A stretch of 62,966 nt of DNA, filler included, from Rhabdomonas costata (taxonomy: Eukaryota): the NCBI GenBank assembly GCA_019059605.1. It is 27 parts of 27 records of this genome, joined end to end, with 100 filler letters (N's around TTAATTAATTAA, not from the genome) between each part and the next. Parts side by side here need not be neighbours in the genome. Positions count along the whole stretch, not along the records: positions 1 to 2,238 come from JAHMHO010004627.1; positions 2,339 to 4,585 come from JAHMHO010004628.1; positions 4,686 to 6,922 come from JAHMHO010004629.1; positions 7,023 to 9,259 come from JAHMHO010004630.1; positions 9,360 to 11,596 come from JAHMHO010004631.1; positions 11,697 to 13,933 come from JAHMHO010004632.1; 21 more parts are not named here. One strand, given 5' to 3'. The notes under the pieces were generated by a model. That model made no database searches and was not told the origin of the DNA. It saw only the letters and a program-made list of their open reading frames with translations. The position numbers and the translations under genes are program-made. Shown here piece by piece: positions 1 to 12,949 of this stretch. Positions within the stretch are counted from its first letter, which is position 1. Each line of letters starts with the position of its first letter.

Positions 1-1387
1 GGTGTTGGGGGTTGTTTTTTTTACTGTTCGGTTCAATGTGCTTCTTGGGGTGGTATATTCCGGTGTTCATCTTGTGGTGTCTTGGCTTTCGACGTGGTTC
101 AAGAATGTCGGTCTCAACCATTTTGTATTCACAAGTTTTCGGTGTTGGAAGCGGTTCCCCCTAGCAAAGCAATGTAGCTGTGGCTATTTTGTTTGTATTC
201 TGGCGCTACGTTTTGTTGCATGGCCAAGCGCCTGATTTCTGGTGGGCTTTGTTTGCATTACAACTGCTGCGTGGTTATTGGTTGACATGGCCCGTTCACA
301 GCGATTGTGTCCGAGTGTTGGTGGGGTTTCTGTTGCGAGCTTGGGCGGTTCTTCAAAAAGCGGGTCACCACCAAGCTGTGAAGCCAAAATGACCACGGTG
401 GGGCTTTTATCCAAACAGCTGGTTGACGTCTGATTTCGAATTCGGCTATCTGTGAACAAGATGGACCGCCATATAGGCACTATTTTTCTCCATGTTGCCC
501 TGCGATCATTGCAAAATAATGCCAGCGCTTTGTAATGCATCCTCCAATGCTGTCACGTGACAGAAGCCAACACAAGCCAGCAACAGAGTCAACGTTTCGT
601 TTCGACAAAGCCGTTGCTCTGGAAACGTGGCTGAGGGGGGACAGGTCTCCCGCCTCCCTTCGAAGAAGCACAGGAAACACTCAAAACAGCACTTTTCACA
701 TCCATGTTCCATGCAACAAATTCGCAGTGGTGCGGCCCCACAAACACAGCACAAAGCTCAGCACAGAGAAGTAGAGGGGCGGGGGACATTAGGACAGGGG
801 CTGTGCTGTTTCGTGCCATACATCACCCATCACAGAAAAAGAAACTTGAGGCTTCTTGAAAACCCTTTCCGGTGTGAAGAGTGGCAAGGCTGTGGCCTCC
901 CCACACTTCTCTTGGAAAGCATCAATCTGGACACATTGCTTCGATACCTGCACTGCAGAATACGCAAAAAATCGTCTGTCTACTGTATATCTAAATCGGC
1001 GTGGAGTTTAAACATATCCTTTGACTGGAAGTCATTTCATGTTAGAACATGCTGCCTCCATACTCAACAAAAAATCTTCTGCGTTCAAGCGCGCACGTGT
1101 GGGTGGGAGGCATGTTTCCAAGTGATATGATAATTTGCTGTCCTGCGATGTTGTAAGCAGGAATCTTTTTGGCGTCTGGTTTCTAGTCATCCATAACACC
1201 TGAACACGGCGATAGGTGTCTCAAGACCGGCGGAGCGGTGGAGAGGAGGGGTTGCAGATGGCAGTGCATGTAGATTTGGCTACACCGCGAAGCCAAACCA
1301 GAAAAAAAAAAGAGGAGAAAAGCAACAGCGCGCAACAACGCCCGCGTGTTTCGAGGGTGAGGGGGGCGACGGGGAGACGAGAAGTAC

Positions 1388-1489
1388 CTCCTGACACAGT
1401 CTCGTTGGGTTTCCGGTGATGGTCTGGTAGATCGAGTTGATCAGGCTGGACTTCCCGTTGCCCGAGCGACCAATCAGAGCGCAGTTCAC
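1388..1489 (-). CDS. Internal exon of a P-loop GTPase (IFI44-like/TRAFAC-type G1 region)
   Basis: AG|...|GT-bounded exon VNCALIGRSGNGKSSLINSIYQTITG with Walker A GxxGxGKS. Confidence 0.6.
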
Positions 1490-2238
1490 CTAAATGGGGA
1501 GGGGAGGCATGGGTGTGCAGGGGTGGATCGCACCCAAAATTACAGCAAAGGGGTTCCCAAGGGCGTCGCGGTCTACCACAGCGTTGCTGTGATTCAGGAG
1601 GGGGTGGGCGGTGTTACAGAAGTGAGATTCCGGGTTTTCTGTGCTGCGTGATTGGGGTTTTCCCCAATTTTGTTTTTCTTCACGAAACCCGTTGCGAAGG
1701 ACGTCGAGAACAGGTTTGTTTGGGTAGAACCCTTTCCTTTTTTCCTTGGACTCGCTGTGTGGAAAGCATGGAAAACCTTACCAAAGAAAGCGAGCGAATC
1801 TCAAGTGCACGTACCGTCAAGTTAAAAAGATAAGAAAAGATTAGCATAACAGAGTTAAAAGTTGAAGCCACAGAAGTACGTCAAGCCGCCAGAGCACTCT
1901 TTGAGAGTGACTGATATCACTCTTCACAATGCTTTTTTGTGTGCCATATTTAACAATCCATCCACTGCCTCCGGGGTAAGCAGCAGAGATGAACAAAAAA
2001 ATGCCCCATCGGCGGTTAATGCTTCTCCGTGGTCAGCAAAACGGCCAAAAAGGGGCATTATAGGGCCTTTGACCATGATTTACAGCGGTTGGCCGTGTTC
2101 TTTGTGATTTTTGGACCAATGTTTTACATTTTGACCTGAGTTTGACGTATATGTATGAAGCGACGCCTTAGGCAACTAAACGGCACTTCTTGCTGCCGAT
2201 CTATTGATTTTCTGCTGCTCGCCATATGACAAACCACC

Positions 2239-2338
2239 NNNNNNNNNNNNNNNNNNNNNNNNNNNNNNNNNNNNNNNNNNNNTTAATTAATTAANNNNNN
2301 NNNNNNNNNNNNNNNNNNNNNNNNNNNNNNNNNNNNNN
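2239..2338. other. Artificial contig linker N44-TTAATTAATTAA-N44 (first of 26, recurring about every 2.34 kb; last at 60633-60732)
   Basis: Identical 100-nt spacer with stops in all six frames; flanking contigs are all about 2.23-2.25 kb. Confidence 0.98.
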
Positions 2339-2514
2339 GGGGGTTGGGTGAGGATCTGTATATGCGCATGTTAAACCGATCATTTTTTTGATATTCCGAG
2401 AAGGTCAACACTGGAGCAGCGCACAAAGCACGTTCACATGATCGTGAGATCTGCCAAATGCGCAACTACAGACCAGAAGACTATGGGCAAGGAAAATAAA
2501 CGCAAAGGGTGTGC

Positions 2515-4561
2515 CTGTCTTGGTGTCCTTGACTTGAATAGCGGTCATCGTGTTCTCGTCCCCGGTCACCGCGATGGGCTCCGTGTTGAACATCACCTCA
2601 AGCTTCGGAGTCTGGTGAGCGTTCACAGCGACAGGGAGTGACACACAAAGGTGCAATGAAGAGAACACCCTTCCCTGGGGTACAACCAACATTCCAGTCC
2701 CTCGCACACTTCTGTATATGTTGTCAAATTCGGTCCATCCGTCATACCCACAACCATTTCCGATCCTTACTCCCCAGATCATTCACTTTCAACCTTTGAC
2801 CGCTCTTTTTATTTATCACACCCGCCATTCCCCCTTCCTCCTTTCTCTCGCTCTCTCTCTCGCTCTCTCTTTCCATCGCCTTCTCTCCTTTTTCATTCTT
2901 CCGTCTTCTTTCGGCACACCTCTCACTCGTTCGTCCCCTCCTGTCCTGTTTCTCTCCTCCCCTTCCCCCTCTCATAACTGATTTCTCACTGTTCCCACCC
3001 TCGTCCCAATACACGCAAGTTGGCCGTGATCCTGAACTTTGACGATGCACTATTCCCAACACTTTCGCTTCCTGCCGACGCAAGTAAGCAATACGCTATA
3101 TTGAAACCGTTCACAAACTCGGTTGTGGCTTTGCATCACCTTCTAAACCCATCTGATTCCCGTGTGGGGAGACACAATGATGTAACATCCTGATGATGAA
3201 ATCTGAAAAATGAAGGCGACAGGTGGTGGCGGTGGGGGACAACTCACCATCCCCAAGATACTTCGCTTTAGCGGCGCGCCTTTCCACAAAGGGCGCAGCA
3301 AGAACATTCCAGAGAGACCGGGTGAGATGGTGTGAGACCTTGAGAACACGTTCTTGCATCGCCTTTGAAGCACGCAGAACATCACGACGAACCATCAAAA
3401 TGACCTGAGAAAGTCACAGGATACGCAAAGGCAGTCAGCTGGCAGCTGCGACAACAACATATATCGAGAAGCAGACCCTCAAAAATCAACCTGAAGGAAA
3501 AGGTGGGGGATGCTACCCAAGTCCCCAAATGCTGTGGGACACCTTCATCCGCTGAGAGGGCAGCTTCTCTATATGTGAGTCCGTGTTTTACGCGGGGGGG
3601 GGCGCATGCAACGCCAGACTAGCTGGAGAGGTGAAAAATGCGAGCAATGATACCTTTTTCCCGAATTTCGTGAGGTAATGGGCCTCCTCGCACGCTGAAT
3701 CCCCGCCGCCCACCACAACCAGAACGTTGTCGCGGAAAAGCGGTAGGGCCCCGTCGCAGACCGCACACGCGGAGATTCCCTTCTGCCAGTACTTCTGCGA
3801 GCGTTGGCGCGTCCCCCTCACCCAATGTCCCCAAATCTCCAAGCCATGGCATATTCAGCGGAACAAACAGCGAGGAGCACGATATGTGAACAATGATGAG
3901 GAAGCTTGGGATTGATCCTCGAGACAGTGGAGGCAACCACACGGAGCACCAGTCAGAAGTTAGAGCAGCACAGCAGCATCCCCCCCCCCCCCCAAGAAAA
4001 AAAGAGAAGGAAAGAGGAAGACGGAGGAAATAAAGCACAGCACGGTCGAAAGATAGAAGACAAAAAGGCCAACCTCTTCACCCGGCAGGTTCATCCGCTT
4101 GGCGCAGGCCCCCGTGGCGATGATCACCGACGACGCCTCCAGCTGCGTACCGTCCTCACTTTCCATGTAAAAGGGCTTTCTGTGGGGACACCCCATATGC
4201 ATGTCAGAAAAACGGATTTGTTGAATGTTTGAGGGTCACTACAGGCGCAGGACAAAAAACACCTTCGGAGATCGATCTTGCTGATAGTTTCGGTGACAAT
4301 GTGAGCCCCACAATGGATCGCTTGATCGCGCATGTTGGACATCAGGCTCGGCCCCATAATTCCCTGCGCCAAGCCCCAAGAAAACGTGCTGGTGTCGCCT
4401 CAACAACAGGGGACTCCCAAATGTTGCAGAAAAGGGGCGCCAAATTCAGAATTTCGTTCATGTAATCCGATAAATGCAGACCTTGGGAAACCCAGGGAAG
4501 TTCTCCACTTCTGTGGTAGTTGTGAGCTGGCCTCCGGCTGCAAAACCCGCAGCCATGAATC
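2515..4561 (-). CDS. TRR1: Low-molecular-weight thioredoxin reductase, partial (6 exons)
   Basis: Spliced peptide has [34 protein letters not shown] (redox CxxC), [12 protein letters not shown] and [15 protein letters not shown]; five GT-AG introns are phase-consistent. Confidence 0.96.
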
Positions 4562-6727
4562 CTGAGCAGCAGCGGACAACACAAANNNNNNNNNNNNNNN
4601 NNNNNNNNNNNNNNNNNNNNNNNNNNNNNTTAATTAATTAANNNNNNNNNNNNNNNNNNNNNNNNNNNNNNNNNNNNNNNNNNNNGGTTGTTGTTTCACA
4701 GGAGCCGCGGAGTGCCTCTCCGCTCTTAGCGTTTTCCTCTGCGCGTCGAATTTTTCGGGATCTCGTATGGCAAGGCAAATATGCAGTGATGGATATGATT
4801 TTTGGGGCGTTCCTTTTTTAGCGAGTGTAAAGAAAGATGTCTCCGGGAAATGACGGAATGTTTGACCGGAAGACTGCCCCCTGTCGTACGTCTGATAGTG
4901 GTTGTGCTGAGAACGTGTCCCCTTTCTCCGTTTCCCGTGCCCGCCTCTGCTGACCCTTCGGCCCTTCTCTGCGCCCTCTGTCTGAGCATCGGACGATTTC
5001 CCGCCTTGATGTTCCCTCACCTCAAAAGAGCAGAGCTATTTCTCTCTTCACCGTGGGCAACTTGTGGCGGCAAAATCCTTGTCCTTTGTTTGGTTCACAC
5101 AAAAAAACACAGACACATACCTGAAAACTATCTTGGTGACTCTCACGGACGCGGCTGTACGGTGGGTGCGGTTTCTTTGGTTGTTAGTAGGTATTCTTAA
5201 ATGGAAGCGACAACTGCTAAAAGAAATGGAAACTTACACTGTTTTCTATGTTGGAAGTGGGCCGCCGGGGGTTCCCCGCAGCGTTTCGGGAGGTCTATTG
5301 CGTCTACAAAAGTTTCCGGCCTGGTTCGGCTAAGCCCTACTCAGTCATGCCACATTTGAATGAACAAACGTATTGGTGGCTTTGCTTGGGAATGGCCATA
5401 AGGCCTGCCTGCCAAGTAGCACATGTTCAGTGTAAAACTTCTTTCTAGCTGGTCGCTACCCTCGCATGGGCCGTGCGAGTGATGGAAAGACCTGTTTTCT
5501 CTTCGTGTGTTATTACTGTATGACGTGCTCACCGATATTCGGGGTGGCTGTGTGTGAATCGGGCCCTTCCGGATCCTGGGTATTCCTTTACTCTCCCGCC
5601 CTCTTCTCTTCGCTCTTCCCGCCCTCCTTTCCCTCCTTCAACCCTCGCACCTTCAACCCGAAAGAGGCGTTGGGTAGGTGCAGCGCTTTGCAGCAAAAGG
5701 TTTGGCAACTGCGGTAGTGATCGTATCCTCTAAGGTGGTCCAGGGATGCTTTTCCACGCACCCGCACCTGAGTGATCGACACCCACTATGCTCGTTTCTC
5801 CAGAACATACACTTACACACATTATTACAGTCACACGCACACGTCCCTGCGCCTTGCAATTGTGAAGTGTAATTTCTTTTTGTTGTCCTTTTATTGTCTT
5901 TTATTGTCCTGGGAAGCGTCCCAAACTTTTATCTCTCCCCCTTACAAACAAACACTGATCATTTAATTGTATTTCTACCCCCCGCCCGCTTTTTTGCTGT
6001 CTTGAGATGCGTGATTGTGGAAGAGGCCAGGTTTGCACTCAAATCCAGAGCATGTGCTTTCTTTATTTTGCCATACTTCGGCACTGGTCCCAATGTAATT
6101 GTTGTAATTTCCCTCGGTAGGCACCACCGCTGTCCACCACCGACCCACCGCTCACGAACGACCCATTGTTTCTGTTCCCTCGACGGGCCTCTCTGGATAC
6201 CCGTTCTGATTTTGCCTGCAAAATCCTTCAAGGGTACAATAGAGCAAAAAAAAACGTGAAGTCTCTCTGGAGCTGCTTCCCGCTGGGCGTAATTTGTTGC
6301 TGACAATCGTGCGATTTCCGTGCTGTGTGTTGTTTATTTTGTGCTCTGTGGCGTTTATCCTTTCTGGAGACCTGTGCTTCTTTTCCTTGGTGATTTTGGT
6401 CTTCGGAGCTGTGGTGAGAGGGCTCTATGGTTCTACGAGTTTATGGAGCAACTAACGTACATGACTTATTGCTGGTGGTCGATCGAATTTGCCAGGGCAG
6501 GCACCCCACCAATAGCTGGGCCAGGCTGGGCCAGGGGGTTAACTCTCAGGTAAACGATAAGTTACATGTCACGCTGGATTCTCGGTAGGGCGCTGCCTCA
6601 AAGTATGCGTGTGCTGCTCTCAAACGTGTTTCGGCTCCTCCTTTGTCGCTTATGGTGGCTCTTGCTGTGCAGTTTTGTTTTGGCCCCCACAAGCTGTCCA
6701 ACTTTTGTTCCCGTGGCAGTGGCAAGA

Positions 6728-6888
6728 ATGGATTCCTCTTGCGAACCTTCGCCCCGCAATGAGCACTCACACTCGATCACCCTTGTGACGGAGTCCCACA
6801 TCATTGATGAGACCAAGCTAGAGCTTTCGTTCGGCACCATCGCAACGGGGGGCCACCTGCCCCGAGGCCGCTTGGCGGAAGCTCTGAG
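6728..6888 (+). CDS. Probable first exon of a protein with a degenerate EF-hand-like segment
   Basis: ATG at 6728 after a pyrimidine tract and CAG; KLELSFGTIATGGHLPRGRLAEALR followed by a GTGTGT donor. Confidence 0.3.
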
Positions 6889-7686
6889 GTGTGTTCTCAT
6901 CACTCGTCGCTCAACCAACACANNNNNNNNNNNNNNNNNNNNNNNNNNNNNNNNNNNNNNNNNNNNTTAATTAATTAANNNNNNNNNNNNNNNNNNNNNN
7001 NNNNNNNNNNNNNNNNNNNNNNGCCACGGATGTGATGGGCCGTGGGGTTGATATTCCTCAAGTGCAGGTGTGAATCTGGGGAGGATAAGGTGGAAATTTT
7101 TTTTGGTGCGGCCTTGAAGACCGGACGCCCCGCCTGACTGGTGGATGGTGCATTTTCTGTCCATAGTGATTCAGTGATGGTATTTTCTCTCTCCATTTTT
7201 TCAGTACCGTGCCCCCCAACTGGCAACTGATACTGTCCAAAGACCAGAAGAAGTAACAATGCTGACATACTTTTCAGTGTTTTTTTGGGAACGCTTTCTT
7301 CAAGATGGTATGGTCCACAATTGAACTGTTTGCGAGTTTCTCGAAAGCTATTTTAGTGCACAGGGCGTGCTGCCCAATGACCTTCTTTTCGGGTTGACCA
7401 CGATCGTCACCCCTGTGGAGCCTGTGATACAATTGAATTCATCGGTGCATTTCACTGAAAGTTCGATGCTGCATCCTTACGGCGGGAGCTGGGAGGTCCA
7501 CCATCACCGGAGCTTGTAGGCCGCAAAAGTCGCCTTTGGGGGCACCGTGCGCAACTAGGCGCAAACACCTCCCTCCCCCTCCTCCTACATCTTTTGGGTT
7601 TTGAATGTCTGCTTCCCGTGCAAGTTTGTTCTTTTTTCTCTTTCCTCTTTCTGTCTTCTCTCACTCCCTTCCTCGCATACACACAG

Positions 7687-9075
7687 TACGTAGTGCACTA
7701 CCAGTTTCCGCTGAGCGCGGAGCAGTACGTGCACCGCAGTGGGCGCACGGCCCGCGGTCTGGGAGGATCTGGGGTGGTGTTCAGCTTGGTCAGCCCCAAG
7801 GAGTTCAGCGCATACCTCCACGTCTGCAGCGCCACAGGGCACTCTCAGGGGATGAGGGTGCTGGAGGTGGACTCCTTGCTGCTGCGCGACATGCGGAGCC
7901 GCATTGAGGCGCGTGCTCGCTTTCTTCTTTGCCATAGGAACAGTTGGGTTTTGTGTTGGGTTGTACCCCCCCCTTTCCCCGCGCCCCCACAGGGCATTTG
8001 CAAAACTGCACCAGTGGGGTGCTGGGTCTCTGGGTCTCTTTGCAGCCTGTTTGCTTCTCCTGACTCCCTCTTCTGGCCGTACTTGCACCACAGTGCCACA
8101 TGTATACTGAGGGATTTTCTCATGTCCCCATGCATCAGAATGCGGCACAGAAAGGGTGAAATCGATTTTGGAATGTTGGAGTGATCTCCCAGTTTCGATC
8201 CTGGAAGGTATAGGCTGTGCGAAGCAAGCAGAAAGCAAACGTGTCCACAGTTTAACGAAAGATCCGATTGACCCCAGGCCCGAGAGTTGTGGGGTGGTGC
8301 GGTGATATCCAAGATCGAGGGTAAAATGGGGGCAACCACGGACACCCCGCTATGCGGTCTGTAGGCCGCATAGAACAGCCCAAGGCTGACTGGACTATAG
8401 AGTACCTGGAACTCGTCAGGGCCCCATGGCCCTTGTATCGGGGGACCCCTCCACGTGCGTAGGGGACGGGCACTTCAATGGTTGGGCTGTGGGGTTGTTC
8501 AACCTAGTCTAGATAGGGGCACCTGAGGGATCCATTATATCGGGACTACACACCTTGCCTACAGCATACTGTGTTTGGGCGGAGTAGCGCATCCGGCCAG
8601 GCTGGTGGGACGCCTGCAAGTGAGTGGTGGGAGTGCCTCCGAGGCACGATGCCCCCAGGGACATGTTGTAGAGGCCCCCCAGCATCGACTCGTCTCAGGT
8701 CTTATGTGGCCATCGTTCTCTTCACAGGTGGCGCGGAAGATTGACAGCATTCTGAACTCCAACAACCGCGAGAGAAACACCCGGGCATGGTTTACCCGCA
8801 ACGCCGAGGCCGCGGAGGTGGAGGTGGACCAGAGCTTCCTTTCCAGTCTAACCCCGGACTCCCGTGAGGCCAGCCAGGAGGCGCGGCAAGTCCGAGCGCT
8901 GCGAAAGCAGCTGCAGACTCTGCTCGACGCCCCAGTCACGGAGGTGGTGGGAAAGTTCCTGCACGGCCCCGCCAACGTTACCCGCAGGCAGCGCAGCCGC
9001 GAGCTGCGGGCGCAGGGCCTGGCTCCGCGGTCCTCTTCTGCCCCCAGCGCTGCCGCCACTTCCAAGTCACCCTGA
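7687..9075 (+). CDS. DDX24: DEAD-box RNA helicase DDX24/Mak5, last two exons (7687-7908, 8728-9075)
   Basis: VVHYQFP..AEQYVHRSGRTARG (motif VI), then RSRIE|VARKID...WFTRNAEAAEVEVD, typical of the DDX24 C-terminus; TGA stop. Confidence 0.85.
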
Positions 9076-9653
9076 GCCAAGGGGCGCACTCAGCGGGAAT
9101 GAGTCACACTGCACAATTCTGCTTTTCTGTGACCTTTTTGAAACCCGGAGTTATTCGCCGAGGACGAGCTTTGCAAATTGGAGTAAGAATGCTTCAACTT
9201 GCGGAAAATATCGAATTTAAATATACCCTAAATTCGAAATTATATTGCCTGTGCCACCTNNNNNNNNNNNNNNNNNNNNNNNNNNNNNNNNNNNNNNNNN
9301 NNNTTAATTAATTAANNNNNNNNNNNNNNNNNNNNNNNNNNNNNNNNNNNNNNNNNNNNGGGTTGGGGGGAGTACGAAACGGATTTAAGATCGGAGTGGA
9401 CGGCTGAAGCAGGTATGCGCGCATTTCACGGTTTAACACCGTTGACCCGTTTATCCCCCATCCCAATTAAAATCACACTGCTGCTGGCGATAGCGCTTCA
9501 CTGTCTTGCATATGGGCTCCCGTGGTGCAGCTGCCTCGGCACGGCCCCTCAGTGTCCATGCGATGGAGGACAAGATACAGGCAATTAGTGTTCCGAGGGA
9601 GAGAGAAAGGGAGAGAGGGAGAGCAGCGGTGATACGAAGGGTGTGGGACATGC

Positions 9654-10925
9654 CAGGAACTCTATCACGGCCGCAGCCTTCGCGCAACGCGAAGGGTTGG
9701 ATATCGTAGTTTGCGTGGTGAACGGCATCGCGAAGCGAGCCAGCATGATAATCGGGTAGGCCTGCGTGGCGTGGCTGTCCAGCACCGCTGCAAACGTTCC
9801 CGTGTCCGTGAGTGCAAGTGGGTACGTGGTACGCGTGAGCACCGCACGCTGACAAAGCTTCTGAACCATCGCACCCAATTCCTAACCTCTCAGTTTTTTG
9901 CACGCAGTGTGAGGGATTACCCTCCAAACTTCATCCTTGGAGTGTGTGTGCCTCCGAACTCCGATAAAATATCCGCTGCACAACAGCAGCAGCTCCGACC
10001 CAGGCTTACAGACGATAACAACTCACACTTGCACAAACAAAGAGTCTTCGATTTCAGCGAGAAAGCAAGGCCTGTGCATTTGCGGGTCATCACATAATTC
10101 CCAATCACTTAAATCTGCTATACAAGACTCAGGAGGGTTTTGGGAAGCAGATCTACAGGGGAACACCACAAAAACTTACAAGCACTAGAAATTATCTCCT
10201 CCCTCGTCCTTTCTGGGCGGTGAGAGAGCAAGGGTGCGCACTGATGCTCAAGCTTAGCTTCCCTGCCTCCGCAAGCGTCGCGATACAAAGAAGAGCCCCG
10301 CGGAGGGGTGCCCGAAATAATGAATGGCAACACCTGCGTCCAGGTTGGAGTCGAATTCGATCGTGGATAGGGCCGCGGTGACGGTCTCGTCCGAGGCTGC
10401 CACGGAAGACCTGGGCCGACAGGTGGCGAGGGGCCGAAAGCAGTGCCGTGTGATTACTGCAGACGCATCACTATTGGTATTGTCCATTACCCCCCCCCCC
10501 GCGGGGTGTGTGTCATCTTTCAAACAGAACACGGCACACAGAACACGTAAGATAGGTAAATAGCACACCTGACACATTGAGGCAAAGCTAACGAGAGTAG
10601 AAGATGACGAAGAACCCAAATCCAAGCAAGTAGTAGGGGCCAAATAGTAGGGGGGGTCTGCAAGTCAGAACGGCAGTTGCTATCAAAAAGCTGAGGATGC
10701 CATTCCCAAGAGGCGGAGGTAAGAAGAGACTGTCAAGATGACCTGAGGGACCTTCGGGAAAAAATGAAACAGCGAAATTCGAAGGGTCCGCCGTGTCGTA
10801 AAATTAACCAAAGCAGGCCCTGCACACACTCGCACACACCCCGCATAGTTTTTCAGGGTGACCATCGACAGGCTTTGGGCCACCGCGATGGAAAACGGGA
10901 TCACCCCGGCCGTGTACGATGTCGT
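9654..10925 (-). CDS. PstS-like (PBP type 2, phosphate-binding) domain protein, 3 internal exons (10925-10840, 10410-10334, 9787-9654)
   Basis: Phase-consistent splice gives TAGVIPFSIAVAQSLSMVTLKNYAGSSVAASDETVTAAL...DSHATQAYPII...CAKAAAVIEFL, matching the PstS pattern L.N.AG..V.P...V.AA / D....AYPI / C..A..L..FL. Confidence 0.7.
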
Positions 10926-11511
10926 CTGTCAATGCAGAGGAAAACAGAGGAGAGGTAAGGAGTGCTGACAGAGGAATTTCACGTGGGCATGCCACCCGAA
11001 GCGCAAACGCATGGTGGGAGTGCTGAGCCCAGCACATGTGGGCTGACTGGTGCGGTGCTGATCCCTCAGTCCTTCTTGATGTCTTTTGAGACTGCTCCCT
11101 ATGTTTACTGCCAAACCCGTTTGATTCATCCACTTGCTGACAGCCACCCTCGCTAAACCCCCGCCTCAAGGCAACCCACCGTTCCTTCTCTCGCCGAAAG
11201 AAAAAAAGCAAAAAAAAAAGTCCCACGTTAGGAGGCTACTCTGAGCCAGAATGGAGCATAGATATGCTGAATGGCCCACAGTCCACATCTGCGAAAGATG
11301 CCTCCTTCCCTGGGCCCTTCATCGAAGTCCAACAACTAATCTGCCCAACCCGTCATGTCGTGTTATCCGAGTTGGCAGGTCTCCATTTGTACGGTATGTT
11401 CTGGAAGTGATTATGGGTGTATTGCATGGAAAAAAGGGTCTCGGAAAAAGTAGTTAAAACTCCCTCCCTCCTCCCTCCCTCATTTTCTGGTGTGGCGTGG
11501 TGTGGCGTGGC

Positions 11512-11589
11512 GTTTCCAAAGGAAGGATAACTTTGGATAGGAACTGGAGTGTTGCAGTTCCTATCCAAAGTTATCCTTCCTTTGGAAAC
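11512..11589. repeat. Perfect inverted repeat, 35-bp arms with 8-nt loop
   Basis: GTTTCCAAAGGAAGGATAACTTTGGATAGGAACTG-gagtgttg-exact reverse complement. Confidence 0.95.
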
Positions 11590-12237
11590 CCCACACNNNN
11601 NNNNNNNNNNNNNNNNNNNNNNNNNNNNNNNNNNNNNNNNTTAATTAATTAANNNNNNNNNNNNNNNNNNNNNNNNNNNNNNNNNNNNNNNNNNNNTTTT
11701 TTGGTTGACGCACTTGATCTTCTGAAGGAGGTGCCATTGAAAAATTATGTGAATGTTAGAAGTTTATCTTCGGCAGGTGTGCAAAAATGATTTTGGAATT
11801 TTCTGCCAATTTGTCTTTCACCCGTCCAACGTCGAAGCACGAATGCACATAGATGCTGTCGTTTTCACTACGAAATATTTTTTCATTTGAACCGGAACTT
11901 TGAAGGGTGAACCCCAGCTTGACAAGCCAGCAGCTAACCATTTCCTCCCTGCTCATGGACAAGAACGTGGCTTTGGGGCCGCTGCTGCAGCGAACCGACG
12001 GGGTGTCGCGAGGAAACCCCCCATAAAGCTTTGCCAAGCAGCATTAGCAAAATGCAGAAGGCCTGTTTCCGGAATTTGATACAAGGACCTATCGCAAGCA
12101 CCAAATCAGGTAGCAACTCCTCCGATGACGTTTAGTTGTATTCTAATGCCTTTCATCATTCCTCATGCAAACACTATCCATCACGATTTATGACTCGGGT
12201 TGCATTTCCCACCCTTTTGACTTTGTGGGGGCAACAG

Positions 12238-12357
12238 CTTTCGAGCGCCAGCTGCAGTACCCCCCTGCCAGGCCCACGACAAGCACAAAGCAGCGACGAC
12301 GGCTCATCTGCACTGGACGATCTCTCCGCACGACTGGCAAAGCTTCGAGAGGGCTAA
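12238..12357 (+). CDS. Terminal exon ending in a MIM1-like motif (ESCRT-III CHMP1/2-like)
   Basis: CAG acceptor, then ...SALDDLSARLAKLREG-TAA, resembling the D/ExxLxxRLxxL(K/R) motif. Confidence 0.5.
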   Translation, partial: LSSASCSTPLPGPRQAQSSDDGSSALDDLSARLAKLREG

Positions 12358-12949
12358 CGCGAGAGGACCCCGGGCCCCAATCACAACCTCTGGTGTTGCT
12401 TCGCTAATGACCTTTGGCCGGCGAAGTCGACAGGATTGGGCACTGCCTTGTGGTGTCCTTGAGCCTTTGTTTCTGCCGCCCCCGTTTTGTCTGCGGACAT
12501 GGCCGCATGAGAATGTTTCCAACTGTACATTTCATGATTGTCGTGCTTGGTTGTGTACAATCACGTGTAACTCATTCCAAGTTGAGCAAAGGGAGAAGTC
12601 GTGAACTGTGAAAGTGTATTCTAAGGTGCGCTGTGGTTGAGAGTTCCCCCTCTTTAACAGAACTTTCAGTCTGAGTACTTTCTTCTTTGGTCCAGTGAAT
12701 CACCTGTGGGTCTTTTGTGGCGGAGCGATTATTGATGGTGCCTTTTGCTGCCGTCCTTTCGTGCTCGTGATAAATAGAGAGCAACATTGCAATTACCATT
12801 CCAAAACATAAGTTCAGAAATAAAAAATACCCTAAGTCCTCTTCTTTGCACGACAGCCTTTTAGCCCTCTTTTTTGTTTCAACGGTTCTTTGGAGTGCGC
12901 CATCTACGTGCATTATTCACCGGGCGTCCACCTTTCGGAACCGCGCACA

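Noticed and set aside
2283-2294. TTAATTAATTAA recurring at regular ~2.3-kb spacing as a biological repeat or nanochromosome boundary
   Set aside because: Always centred in N runs; it is a synthetic six-frame stop linker
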